A DNA stretch of 64,000 nt, taken from positions 64,885,013 through 64,949,012 of the forward strand of contig NC_068984.1 in assembly GCF_001194135.2 (NCBI RefSeq), given 5' to 3'. The notes under the pieces are model-generated. The model was not told the origin of the DNA and ran no database searches. It saw only the letters and a list, made by a program, of their open reading frames with translations. The DNA is from Octopus bimaculoides (taxonomy: Eukaryota). The translations under genes and the position numbers were made by a program. Within the stretch, counting starts at the first letter, position 1. Every line of letters starts with the position of its first letter. Of this stretch, positions 38,260 through 51,080 are shown in pieces.

Positions 38260-38605
38260 CCCTGATGCAGTACCAGGCAATGGCTCTCATGGCTTCTGAT
38301 CTTAACTGATTGGAAGTGTTATCATGTATGTTGTCTTGTCTTGGTATAAAAGATGGTCAGTTGTTTGACCTTAACCAGTTGAGTATGTCCCTTAGTGGCT
38401 GACAATACGTGCATCCCTGATCATGAGCAGAAGTAGCAGAGGAGCATCATAGCCATGTGTTAAGAGGAATTCTTTGCAGTTTGAATAATTCACCTTTGGA
38501 AACTTGGGTGTTTCATTCAACATCCCTAAACAATCTTTATTGAAGGACCTTGTGAGTGAGATGTTTTCTTGACCTGAAGAAAAGTCTAACTGGGCCCCAC
38601 CTGCA
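38260..38605 (+). mobile_element. Second, 3'-truncated copy of the 2185-2737 element, following (AGT)n(AAT)n
   Basis: Starts ccctgatgcagtaccaggc and aligns to 2185-2575 with one internal deletion. Confidence 0.75.
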
Positions 38606-38820
38606 AAATTCCTATTTTGTTTTACATGCATTAACCTATTAGGTTAACATTTTTAGAGAAAGAAACCTGTTTCTTGCAATACATACATCTGAAACAAAGT
38701 TTTTTCAGGGGCTCATAAGATACTATTGCACACACCCAATTTATTATTTTGTTGTATGGACCTCCTAAAATCTTATATGGACCTTGAGGGGCCGTATGGA
38801 TCCCAGCTTAGAACGGCTAA
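38606..38820 (+). mobile_element. Partial non-autonomous hAT-like element (one end)
   Basis: Repeated atggacc units and an end resembling the ccagttgagaaccactg type of hAT terminus. Truncates the upstream retroposon. Confidence 0.4.
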
Positions 38821-39318
38821 TTTATTTCCAGAAGTAAAATTCACAATACTTCAGTTAAGGGATCTTTACTTCCACAATTCACCATTCCTAGTAACCAGAC
38901 AGTTTTTACAAAACCATACCTGATCAACAGAACTTGGATTTCACTTTGGAAGAAGAAGGAAAAAATGAACAATTTTGATCTTGAACTTGAATGTATTGTG
39001 TTCTGTGGAATGATACTCTCTGGTTTGGGAGTATGTCTGTCATTTATTATTATCATTCTTTGAACCTCTTCAAAATAAATGTCACTCATCAGGAAGTCAT
39101 CCCTGTCATGAAATTTATAAATTCTGACATCGTGCAATTTCTATGTAGCTTCCAATGCAAATATAATGTGCTTTGATCTTCAGAACTTGCTGGCAATTCT
39201 TCAGTTATGTCATTATCATCCAGTATCATTGATTTCATTTACCTATTTGCTTTATAAAGCTCCTGGAGGTTACAGACAAAACACATTTTTCTTGAAACAA
39301 TAATTCACTCTTACACAC

Positions 39319-39356
<38 letters not shown>

Positions 39357-40419
39357 TTTCTCTTTCTACATCCCCCTCTCGTGCACACAACTACACACAC
39401 TCTCTCTCTCATGCAACACACAAGGTTTAAAAACATTAAATAATAGTTTCTGTGTATTCTTCCCAATCTTCAAAATTAATTTAAATCTCATGTTTCAAAT
39501 TCTAAATAAAATAAATGAACAAATTTTATATGCAAAATTAAGAAATTAACCATCTTCATGTTCACAAGAATAATAAAGAAAAACTCAATGCAAGAAAAAC
39601 AGAAAATTAAACAACTAAAATATACATAAGATTTATTGCGACATTACTTGACTATCTAAAGTATAAAATTGTTAAATATTATACAGCTTCAATTTTTTAT
39701 AAGTTTGTATGTGCATGTCTGTGTGTGTATATATATTAATTCGTCCATAGAATATTCAAAAGAGATCCATGCAAGCATTTGGATTTAAGCTGCTTTACTT
39801 TCTTATGGTACCATAATTGATATTAGATAAGATTAAATTCATACAAGTAAGAAAACAGATCTTTAAATGCAATTATTGCATCAGTAAATTTAAGAGTGTT
39901 ATGTACATGTGCGTGTGTGTATGTGTGTGTGTGCTGTAGTGTACAAAAGAAATACTAAGTAATTTGATTATATGAACCATATATAAAAATAACTCAATAG
40001 TATCATCTTACATTTTGTGATATATTTAATATCGGTGATAAATTATAAAGCAAATTCTTTGATATAAATTTCACATTTTCTCCATGCAGAGTCAAGAATT
40101 ATATTTGGACTGTTATTGTCTCCATGAATAATTACAAGTTGAGATTTACTAAGAAGTTTTATCTGTAGCTCGTACATATATCATTACTGGAAATTCTTTG
40201 CATGATTCAAGAGAAGAATAATAGTTAAAAGAATCAAAGCAGAAGCAGTTCAGTTAGTTCTCCACCATTTCCACGTATAGGCTTCTGATGACACTTTTTA
40301 TAAAATAAATATTCTAAGTATTGCATATGTTATAATGTGTGTGCCTGCATAATGTATACACCTTTTGCTAATAAATTGTTGTAGTAGTAATAATAATGAC
40401 AATGATGATGATGCACACA

Positions 40420-40482
<63 letters not shown>

Positions 40483-40694
40483 ATATGTTGCAAAAGTCAG
40501 ATTGTAAGTAAATGTATACGCTGAGAGGAGAAAAGGAGAGAATCATGCAAAAGCTGTCAGGCAATGCTTACCGAGCATGGATGTTTCTGCTTATTTTCAT
40601 GTTATATTGCAGTATCATCTAAACAAACAAACACGCACGCACACACGTACATGTACATACATATATAGATAAATAGACAGATAGAGAGAGTATG

Positions 40695-40726
<32 letters not shown>

Positions 40727-40924
40727 GCAAAATGGAGATGATGAGAAAGAAAAGAAACGCAGAGATGATAATGAAAGAGAAACATATATATTTTTTAAAA
40801 GTTCATCTTTCTAACCTAAATGACTTAAAGCAATAAGCAAAGATAATCTTAAAACCTCACTGTGCAATGCAAACCATTGTATATCCATATATTTGCTAAT
40901 ACTGTGCTATATAGTTATTCAAAA

Positions 40925-40972
<48 letters not shown>

Positions 40973-41339
40973 TTATATATCTCATAACTTTTGATAAATT
41001 TAGATATTCCTCAATACAAATATACAATAACATACATATATATACTTATATATTGTTTTACATTATTTTATATATTTGTGTGTGTGGGAATATCTTTGGT
41101 TATCAAAAGCCATATATGAAGGTTAGCACAATTATTATTGAAGGTCCTACAACCCAATGATATTATATCTATAATATGAATTGTATATATAAACACACTG
41201 GGATAGTGACAGGTAGAAACATACATACTCACATTCATGCATGCATGTACAGAATGTGGGTGCACATATTTCAATTTAATTTGCACCATATATTCTTTCA
41301 ACATAATTCAGCACAAACATAAATTTATTATACATATGT

Positions 41340-41380
41340 ATAAATGAGTGTATGTACATGTATATACACTACACGTATGT

Positions 41381-41438
<58 letters not shown>

Positions 41439-41523
41439 ACATATATGTGTATATATATGTATGTGTGTATATATATGTCTGTATATAAATGTACGTATAT
41501 ATACACACATACATATATATGTC

Positions 41524-41566
<43 letters not shown>

Positions 41567-41780
41567 TTCATTATATGCAAAAACTAATTTCATGCAAATA
41601 ATCCATCCTTCTGATTCCTTATCTATTTTCTTTCATTTCCTGGAAGTTAACTGTATGCAAATACAAACACATTTACATCAATGAACACACACACACACAG
41701 ACATATACATATTCACAGAAATCATTGCATATTTCATCTCTGTATATATTATTGCATTCATTATACACACACACACACAC

Positions 41781-41815
<35 letters not shown>

Positions 41816-42234
41816 TCGCACATACATGTATACTTGTGCACATATATCCATTCTTATCTTATTGTTACTTATGCTTCTCTCTTCTTTTTTTTCCCCAAAG
41901 CAGTTTCACATTTGGTGTGAAATACTGCTGGTAAATGCTTTATTCCATCTTTAGCAATACATTCATAAAATATATATTATCAGTTTTTATAGAATATGGT
42001 ACATTCATTGAACTTATTCTTCAAAATATAACTTTCCTTTTAACTTATTTCATCTGCAGTAGCTATGGTTTTCCATCAGCATGAAAGTAAGCATCCTAAT
42101 AAATACAAATATTATGAGTTTGTATACGCACATCCATGAACATACATACATATGCACATGGTGTATATATTTTGTATTGATATATATACATATTCCGATA
42201 TATTTATGCAGTTATATATTTATCTATCTATATC

Positions 42235-42266
<32 letters not shown>

Positions 42267-42350
42267 TTTATTTACATATCTATATCTCTCTCTATATATG
42301 TATACATTATATATATACATGTCTGTTATATACATATACATATGCTGTGT
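41340..42350. repeat. Compound (CA)n/(TA)n/(TG)n microsatellite field
   Basis: Direct observation. It generates the many HT/YI/CV pseudo-ORFs. Confidence 0.95.
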
Positions 42351-42354
42351 GTGT

Positions 42355-42520
42355 ATCATCATCATCATCATCATCGTTTAACGTCCGCTTTCCATGCTAG
42401 CATGGGTTGGACGATTTGACTGAGGACTGGTGAAACCGGATGGCAACACCAGGCTCCAATCTAAATTTGGCAGAGTTTCTACAGTTGGATGCCCTTCCTA
42501 ACGCCAACCACTCAGAGAGT
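42355..42520 (-). mobile_element. Family D copy
   Basis: catcatcgtttaacgtccgctttccatgctagcatgggttggacg...gcccttcctaacgcc. Confidence 0.8.
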
Positions 42521-42547
42521 GTATATATATCTATATACTGTGTGTGG

Positions 42548-42596
<49 letters not shown>

Positions 42597-42599
<3 letters not shown>

Positions 42600-43102
42600 G
42601 GTGCGATGGGTAAATTGCTGAGGAGGTAATGCTGCCCTGGGTCAAGAAGATGGCTGCTGAAAACCCTATGTCTAGCAACAGGACTTTGCACCATGCCACA
42701 CAAGCAAGAAAACCCAGTCATGGCTGTCAGACATTTTCTGCAAGCACATATCCTCTAACATCTATTCACCAAACTCTACAAACTGCAACCCCCTTGATTA
42801 TTATGTGTGGAGTGCAGTTGAGCAAGAGGCCAACAAAACTCCTTGTAACACCAAAGGTGAACTGAAAGCAAGGATAATGGTAGCATTCATCAACTTAAGA
42901 AGATTGTCCAAAGAGTTCCAGGAAATTCCGAAGTAGTCGAGAGGGTGTGATTGAAGCCAATGGCGATTTTATTTAAGAAATTTCCTCTTTAGTTTTTCAA
43001 GATATTTCTATGTAGTTTTGTTAAACATATTTATTAAAATGAGATGTCAGTGTCATTTTCATTTTTACATAATTTAGATGACAGTTTATTCACCACACCC
43101 TA
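42597..43102 (+). mobile_element. Internally deleted Tc1/mariner DNA transposon
   Basis: PYV*QQDFAPCH...SPNSTNCNPLDYYVW (second and third catalytic D region). Imperfect ~21-bp TIRs cagggtgcgatgggtaaattg / cagtttattcaccacacccta, in TA context. Confidence 0.85.
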
Positions 43103-43204
43103 TATATATAAACACACACATGTATAATATATATATATATACTATATATATGTATATTATATATATACTGTATATATACNNNNNNNNNNATATATATATA
43201 TCAT

Positions 43205-43385
43205 CATGGTACTCCATCGGTTATAACGACAAAGGTTCCAGTTGATCTGATCAACAGAACAGCCTGGTCGTGAAATTAATGTGCAGGTGGCTGAGCACTT
43301 CTCAGACCGTAACATATTTCTTGGGGAGATTCAGAGTGACACGGGAATCGAAACTGCGATCCTACAACCATGAGTCCTCTGCCCT
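43205..43385 (-). mobile_element. SINE family C, internally shortened copy
   Basis: Reverse complement of the head (gcgcaatgccccagtggttagggc) and tail of 15385-15770. Confidence 0.75.
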
Positions 43386-43424
43386 AACCACTGGGGCATT
43401 GCGCATATATATATATATATATAT

Positions 43425-43540
43425 ATTAGATTGGAGCCTGGTGTTGCCATCCGGTTTCACCAGTCCTCAGTCAAATCGTCCAACCCATGCTAGCATGGAA
43501 AGCGGACGTTAAACGATGATGATGATGATGATGATGATGA
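43425..43540 (+). mobile_element. Family D 3' end
   Basis: Near-identical reverse complement of 42355-42470. Confidence 0.8.
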
Positions 43541-44164
43541 TTAATAAATTTCAGGGTAGCAAAATTATTTAGAAATTTTTTGCTACCAGTGGTCTAGTGT
43601 GAAGAAAACAACTAGTCAATAGACTATATATTATTCATATAAATACAGTGTACATCTAAACACATAAGAGATGGCCATAATAGGACATCTAACCCGCTAG
43701 AAAGAATAGTTAAAATCCAGACCACTATTAGGGGTAATTCCACAAGGAATGTAAAATAAAAACATTTACCATCTATTTCCTGTACCATGGTATCAAGCTG
43801 TCTTAAGCAAATAAAATAATTTGCTAGGTGCAGCTATCATCAGCAGGAAAGCCAAGATTTACATATAAATACGAAGCAATACAGAACATGTCTCATGCTT
43901 ACATGTTATTATTTTTCAAATCCACCACGCAAGTGCATTTTTTTTTTATCAGCAGCAAATAGAAAAAAATGCCAGTTTTCTTCCAAAATTAGCCCAAAAA
44001 TCATTATTAATCAATTTCAGGGTAGCAAAAAATTATTAAGAAATTTTTTGCTACCAGTGGTCTAGTGTGAAGAAAACCACTAGTCAATATTTGCTGCCGA
44101 TAAAAAACTGCGCATCCACGGTGTATTTGAAAAATTATAACATGTAAGCATGAGGCATGTTCTG
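43541..44164. repeat. Composite of an 80-bp direct repeat (43541-43620, 44007-44088) and a ~78-bp inverted repeat (43882-43961, 44088-44164)
   Basis: Direct alignment of both pairs is visible in the sequence. Confidence 0.85.
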
Positions 44165-44262
44165 AATCACGAATACATGTATATAAAGAACATAATTGTA
44201 TATTTCTCTCACACATGCATTTTGGGATGGAGAGGAACTTTCCAAATCACAAACAAACATTT

Positions 44263-44293
<31 letters not shown>

Positions 44294-44369
44294 AAGGGGA
44301 AATGATGACCAAAGTGAAACAAAGACAGGAATAATAATGAAAGAGGATCATCAATAGTTTTTAAAAATC

Positions 44370-46044
44370 TATTCTAGTAAGCTACATGACTTACAGTAAG
44401 ACAAGTAAAAGTTATTTTTAAATATAGTGATTGCTTGATCATAGATTTGAACCATGTATTAGCTGACACACTGTTTCTTTGAGCAAGCACACTATTTCAC
44501 ACTTCAGATGAAAATGAGTATATGTAGAGTGGGACTCTTGCAGCACAGTGAGCTTATTTACTTTTATTTTTTTATATAAGTTTTATTGCAAACTTGATGG
44601 GATTGGGATATTCTTGGCATATTACATATCCAACTTTCCTATTTTTTTCTCCCTGTGTTTGTGTGTTGGTAGTTCTGAAAACATTGCAAGTAAAATACCT
44701 ACATTTTCCAATACCTGATAAGTCTAAGCAAAGCTACACTCAAATAAATCTGAGAACAAAAGAGTTTTGATCGCAACAGAATATGAAAGTCTTCTTACCA
44801 GAAACTATCAAATACATATAATGAAAGTTACTGCAGTACACACGGAGCAGTGAAAATGCTTTCAAATCGCATTATTGGTAGTTGCTCAGTTTTAACCAAA
44901 AGTGAATATACGTAGAGTCATAACAGATTTGAAGCTTTCATTCATAGGAAATTATGCTAGTATTATGAAATACCCACAGACAAGAGAAGGTATGAAAACA
45001 TGCTACAAAAGTCTCAGAGCATGATAAAGAGACCATACTCTGAGACATGACAATTCATACAAATAGGCAGATTAACATAAATCAACCAGATGTTATTGCC
45101 AAAAACCATCATGAAAAGAAATACCTCCTAATCAATGTATGCATTTCAAAAGAAAACAATATCTAAAGAAAAGGAAGAAACTATCCAGATATAAATATCT
45201 GGAAATAGAGATAACTAGAATGCGTGGATTCAAAGACAAAAACAATCACCTTAATAATGAGAACCTATGAATTATAAAAAAAAAATGAAAAAAGACATGG
45301 ACAAATATATACCAAAACTGTAGGCTGTTGCATATGTGCATACACACACATACAACAACCAAAATTATCTACTAAGCACACACACATAGAGTATTCTTAA
45401 TACAATAAAAAACAAAACATATCACTGCATGTAACCAAGTCACACAGTGCTGCTTTTGGTTGTGCAGTAAAAATATGTAATAAAATAAGACTGATAGAAT
45501 AAATAAATAACCATAGAAAATAAAAGTATTGATTTGAATATTAATAATTTTATAAATAACAAAGTGACTTGAATCGGAAAGACACTGATTTTGCACACAC
45601 ATACATACTAGTAAATATGTGTCACACAAACATAATTCTAACATAGATACATTCTTACACCATAACAGTATTTATAGATTTAAAGAAAGAAGCTAAAAGA
45701 ATACTGCTAGTATTTTAATAAGCAATCTACACATATGCTAAAGCATAGAGTAAAACATAAAGCTTAATAGCAGGGGAGGATAAAAAGTGTAAAATGAATG
45801 GTGTAATGCTCATGAAAATACTTTGACTTTTCACTGTGAAGGCAATGTTATGGTGTTACATTCCCCAATGGAGTTAATGTAGAACATTTCAAATCATATT
45901 CTTTTAAGTGATTTTTAATCATGCGCTTTTATTTTTTTCATTTTAAAATAGTTTAGATGAGACTACAGAGCTGGTCAAATGCACTTGTCAAAGTAAATAT
46001 GTTATAAATGAGTTCTCATCTGAGAATCAACCATATTGCCAATA

Positions 46045-46078
<34 letters not shown>

Positions 46079-46815
46079 TGAGAAAGGCTGAAAAAGATAG
46101 AGGGACAAGGGAATAGAGTTTTAGTTTACATGCATAAACATAGGAGTCATCAATTTACTCTTCTCACAAATATTGTATGTAAATTGTACCACATGCATAA
46201 AGAAAATCAGACATTTACAATGATAGCTCTATCATGTACTCTATTTGTAAACAGTATTTTCATATTTTATCCATTCCTTTAAAAAATAAATGTACCATTT
46301 ACCTTTGTATAACCTTCAGAAACATACATAATTTAAACTGGCCTATATGAAACTGCAGTATATAATGCTATCATTGTTCAGATCCCATTCAAACTGCTCA
46401 AGACTTTTGTATGTTGAATATTTTGTTTTAAATTTTCATTAATCATAGTAATATAAAGCTATTTGAAAATAAAAATTTGAATATATTTCCAAAAATATTT
46501 TTTTAAAAATGATTTAAGGAGAAATAATAGACAGAAACATACTGGGTTACTGATTTTCTTTTAGTTATATTTAGTACTCAACTTTGTTTTGTTATTAATT
46601 GCTCTAAATCAGAAGTAGGGAGTCTCACTACCATAAGCAAAATTTCATTTACATCAAAGTTATTCTAGTAAGTTATTCTAGTGACTTACAGTAAGAGAAG
46701 AAAAAGTTATTTTTAAATATGGTAACTGTTAGATCATAGATTCAAGTCATGTATTAAGTGACACTTTATTTATTTGAGCAAGCACACCATTTCACATTTC
46801 AGATGAAGATGAGTA
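44370..46815 (+). repeat. Two diverged ~150-bp direct copies (44370-44520 and 46661-46815)
   Basis: tattctagtaag...tgacttacagtaag...ttgagcaagcacac...tcagatgaa..tgagta present in both. Confidence 0.75.
44740..45310 (+). mobile_element. Older R4/Dong-like knuckle/RLE remnant
   Basis: LIATEYESLLTRNYQ, RIIGSCSVLTKSEY, SHNR, QPDV motifs with many stops. Confidence 0.65.
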
Positions 46816-47421
46816 CAAGAGGCAGTTGGAAACCAATTTAAAACCAATTAGTGACTAAGTTTCTAAAAACCTATATGGTTAAAGCCTCAGCAGAAACTGC
46901 ATATTTATGAATTTAGAAAATTAAAGAATAATTATTTTTCATAGTGCACATTATTATCCCACAAGTTCTTATGTATCTTCAATTAACCCCTAGTACAAAA
47001 ATGATTTCCACCCTTGTTCTAAATTAAATACAAATTGACCTGTTGTCTAAAAATTAATAAAAGTACTCTACTTTGATTCTGTTACATTAAGTAATTAAAA
47101 AACATATATGAAGAAGAATTAAATTTCTTAAGACTTAGGAAGGAAGAGAGAAAGTGATATAGTGTTAAAGATAACAACTGAAAACAGATAAAGAAGAGAT
47201 ACATAATGCATCAAGAACAGTTGGAATGCTACCAGCAAGAACTCAGACAGAGAGTAGGATATTAATAGTAGGAGACATATATATACGTTGGACCAAAAGA
47301 AAGCAAACCAATTAACTTGACAGTCTCTGTCTGGATAAGGTCATAAGATGCAATGTAGTTGAACAGTTGTTTAAGCCATTTGAACCATGACTTTCACTTG
47401 AATATATGTTTATTGTGTGTG

Positions 47422-47466
<45 letters not shown>

Positions 47467-48739
47467 CATATGCACATACACACACACAAGAAAAGAAGGA
47501 TAGCTTATTACATTGCAAAGGAGAAAATTGAAAAACCTTTATATATCTCATGCACAAAGGCCCATACATACCATTACATGTACATATATACATAAACCCC
47601 CCTTACAAACACATGCACACACACACATACATACATCTTTACATACACAACTCTTAGGGGGCTAATTAAACTGAATTAAACTAAATTGCTTATTGATTGT
47701 TGATATGAACCTAGGATACATAAGCAGTAAAAGTTGCTTTTCTCTTTGAAATTTTGTACAGAATTTGCTAAATGAAACAACACACACACACACACATACA
47801 CACATTCACACACATGCACACACACACACAGCAATAGTATTATATTAACGTCTCCTGGCACCCCATCATGGTGTTTAGCTTTCAAAGCATTAGTAACCTA
47901 ATACAAATAGCATCTTAAGTAGATACAGCTTAGTATTAGTTTCTAGCCATTGAAACAAGGTTTTAAAACTCATTAAACAAAATGAAACATCTCTTACAAA
48001 ACAAATGAGAATCAAAATAAAACACAGTTTAATGTTTTAACTCCTAAAATTTGAAAAGGAATCAAAACATTGATGTACATTTTTCATGTTATAGATGTTC
48101 AATAGGTCTACAGAGAAAATTTGCCAATGTTTTAGGAGAAAATGCTTTACAGGTGGCTAGTTTCTCTCATTCTAGCTACTTAATAATGGCTTCTAACATA
48201 AAGCTGAAAACTTCAAATACAGATATGCAATGAGAAGGTGTGATTAACATACTTTCCAAAGTGTATTTGCAAAATAATTTACAGAATTCTGGAACATGAT
48301 TAAAAACCAAGTCACAGGCACAGTTCTTTAGAAACGAATTACAGTCTTTTGGTATTCACCATAATAATTACATTATATTGAAGTAAAACTTATACAAAAG
48401 TTTTGGTTAAGACATACAGAATAATGCAAATTCATGAATGGTATAATGCAACACCTGATATGAAATTAGAATTTAGACTCAATTTGCTCTATTACTGCAA
48501 AGTAGCAACCTCTTAGAGATTTTTCCTATCAACTAAATATTGCTAACATATTTACTTTGTCTTATAATAAAAGCAGCTTTCATAAAATGAAATAATAAAT
48601 CCAGAGATAATCTGGATTTAGTCCACAGCAACAAAAGAAGTGATATCCAGATAATTAATTTTCAACTAAGACACATAAAGCAATGAAAACAATAAACAAA
48701 GTACAAAGCCACTGTAATTAACATTGTAATTAACAAGGT

Positions 48740-48900
48740 TTTTTGTGTAATTCTTTTTCTTCATTCATTTCTACTTCCTACTGTTTTGATGAAGGATCCT
48801 CTCCAAAACGTTATCTTCCTTTCTCATCAACAAATCTAATTACAATGACCACTTTTTTTCATTGTTGTTTTGTCTTCATCATATATTTATTTAGTTATTT
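48740..48900 (+). mobile_element. Probable solo Penelope-like terminal repeat with dead minimal hammerhead
   Basis: 48786-48813 TTGATGA-A-GGA(TCCTC)TCC-AAAAC-GTT-A is two substitutions from CUGAUGA...GAAACGUU. Confidence 0.35.
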
Positions 48901-49802
48901 GTACAATACTTGGATAATAATTTTTGCAATATCAATTAGCATACATAGTTTTGATTGCTGCTAAATATCTGATTTACTAACTTGAAAAAACTTTACTACA
49001 TCACCAACATTTGAACACTAATGTATTGTGTTTTACACAAAAATTTTCAGCAGGTTACTTCCTAGCAGTTTTGTTTCTTAAGGAATTTACAACCTGTGGC
49101 AACTAAACATAGGATATCAACATTTATTGTTAGTTGAGTTAATTCTTTATCAGGAAGGGAAAGTTATCAAAATGATAGAAGATTTTTTATTGCTTTTCTG
49201 CAATATTTGTTTTTATCTCTGTAACTGCTGGAAATAAACAATATTTGTTTTTTCTTCCTATCTTTACAACAAATAAAGTAAAGTTTCATCTGAACCCCTA
49301 GAGTATCAACAGCAAACAGTATCATTAGCAAAATCTTATCTCTTACATATATTTGTATTTCATTCCAATTGTGAATTCATTGTTTTTTATTTCAATTTTA
49401 TTTTACTTGTGTGCAAGTATGTATGTGAGTGTGTGTGTGTATGTGCAAGTGTGTGTGTGTGTGTGTGTGCATGCATGTGTGTGTGTGTGTGTGTGCTTTT
49501 TATAAAATAGCTTCTCTCATATTGTATTTTTTTTATGCAAAGTCTCTAAATTGGCACTTAACATGCACAGAAATAAACAATACACATGTGCACAAAGGCA
49601 TCAAATAACTTGATGCTTCTACAACTAAATGCCACATGAAATGGTTAACCAGAGATGCAATTTCAAAAGACAACCTAAGTTATAGTCTGGAATTTGTATC
49701 AAGTTTCTCTTCATTAAACCATTAATATAAAATTACTGAACAATTAACCAGAATGTCATTGCTTCAAGAGTTACTCTCACTGTAGGTATACTTCTAAAAT
49801 AA

Positions 49803-49874
<72 letters not shown>

Positions 49875-50219
49875 TGTACATACATCAATGACTGATGCAT
49901 CTGGACACATCTTCAGTGATGTGTAGTGGGTGCTTTTACGTGCCACCAACACGAGGGCTAGTCAGGTGGTACTGGCAACAGCCACGCTTAAATAGTATTT
50001 TCCACGCACCACTGGCACAAGTACCAGTAAGGCAATGCTGGTAATGATCATGCTCGAATGGTACCTTTCACGTGCCACCAGCACAGGAGTTACGCAGCAG
50101 CCCTGGCCACACGGGGGGGGGGGCACGCAATGGCATATATATATGTGTATATATATATATATAATATATATATATATATAGATAGATAGTTAGATAGATA
50201 GATAGATATAAAACTAAGT

Positions 50220-51080
50220 CTTTTGCATTCTACTTAAATTTCTCTTGAAAAGGCATTGCTCATGCATACATAGGTTTCAGTTTTTCTGTCTCTCACCTCT
50301 CTTAGCAGGATTTCAGCAATAACTTTATGCTATTCTAACTCAAAGTCGCTCTCCCTCATTTCTCCAAAACTCATCCATTCCTTCCACCTCTCTCTGGACT
50401 CCCCAGACCACCATCAATTCATCGATCATATTTTCTACTCCATTGAGAACTTAATTCACTTCTCTTCCCAGTAAAGTCATCATTGTGCATGTGTGTGTGT
50501 GCTCTTTCTCTCTCTCTCACACACACACACACAGACAGTAAGACAGCTAGTGCAGAACCTGAATCCTTTGGTATTCTCAACAACTTTACATCAAATTGTT
50601 TCCTCTTCATGCTTTCTAAACTGACACAAACCTCCCAAACACTTACGGTCTTTTTCTTACATCAAAATTTCATCTCTGCACTGGGTCACACGACCACTAC
50701 CTTGTCATGACTACTCAACATGCAATCACATAATATGTAACATCCCCTTCCTTTCAAACCCTATTGCATTTCAGGTCAGTCAATTGGTTGAAGCTTGACC
50801 AGTTTTATATGACATATACCAGGAAGCAATTGTACTTAACTCCTCTAAGACCCCTGTCTGGGGTGCAAAGGATGCTTTCATATATTACATGACTCTCAAG
50901 CATTCCTGCTCTTAAAGTACATGGCATGGCCCTTCATTTTCCCCAACCAAACACCATTTACACACAACCTAGATACAACACACTAAACCAACATTAACTT
51001 CACAAACAAAGATGTTTAGATCAACCTTTAGTAGAGCCATACCTGTCTTTTTTCAAGAGCCAAAAAGAAAACCCCTTAAA
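50220..51080 (-). mobile_element. Highly decayed LINE remnant, probably RTE apurinic endonuclease region
   Basis: SFAPQ and HKVIAEI fragments resemble SAYAPQ and QHKLVVAD motifs. Interrupted by a microsatellite. Confidence 0.4.

Noticed and set aside
41308-42419. Many overlapping His/Thr/Tyr/Ile/Cys/Val-rich ORFs, and poly-N/L/I ORFs elsewhere
   Set aside because: They are translations of di- and trinucleotide microsatellites.
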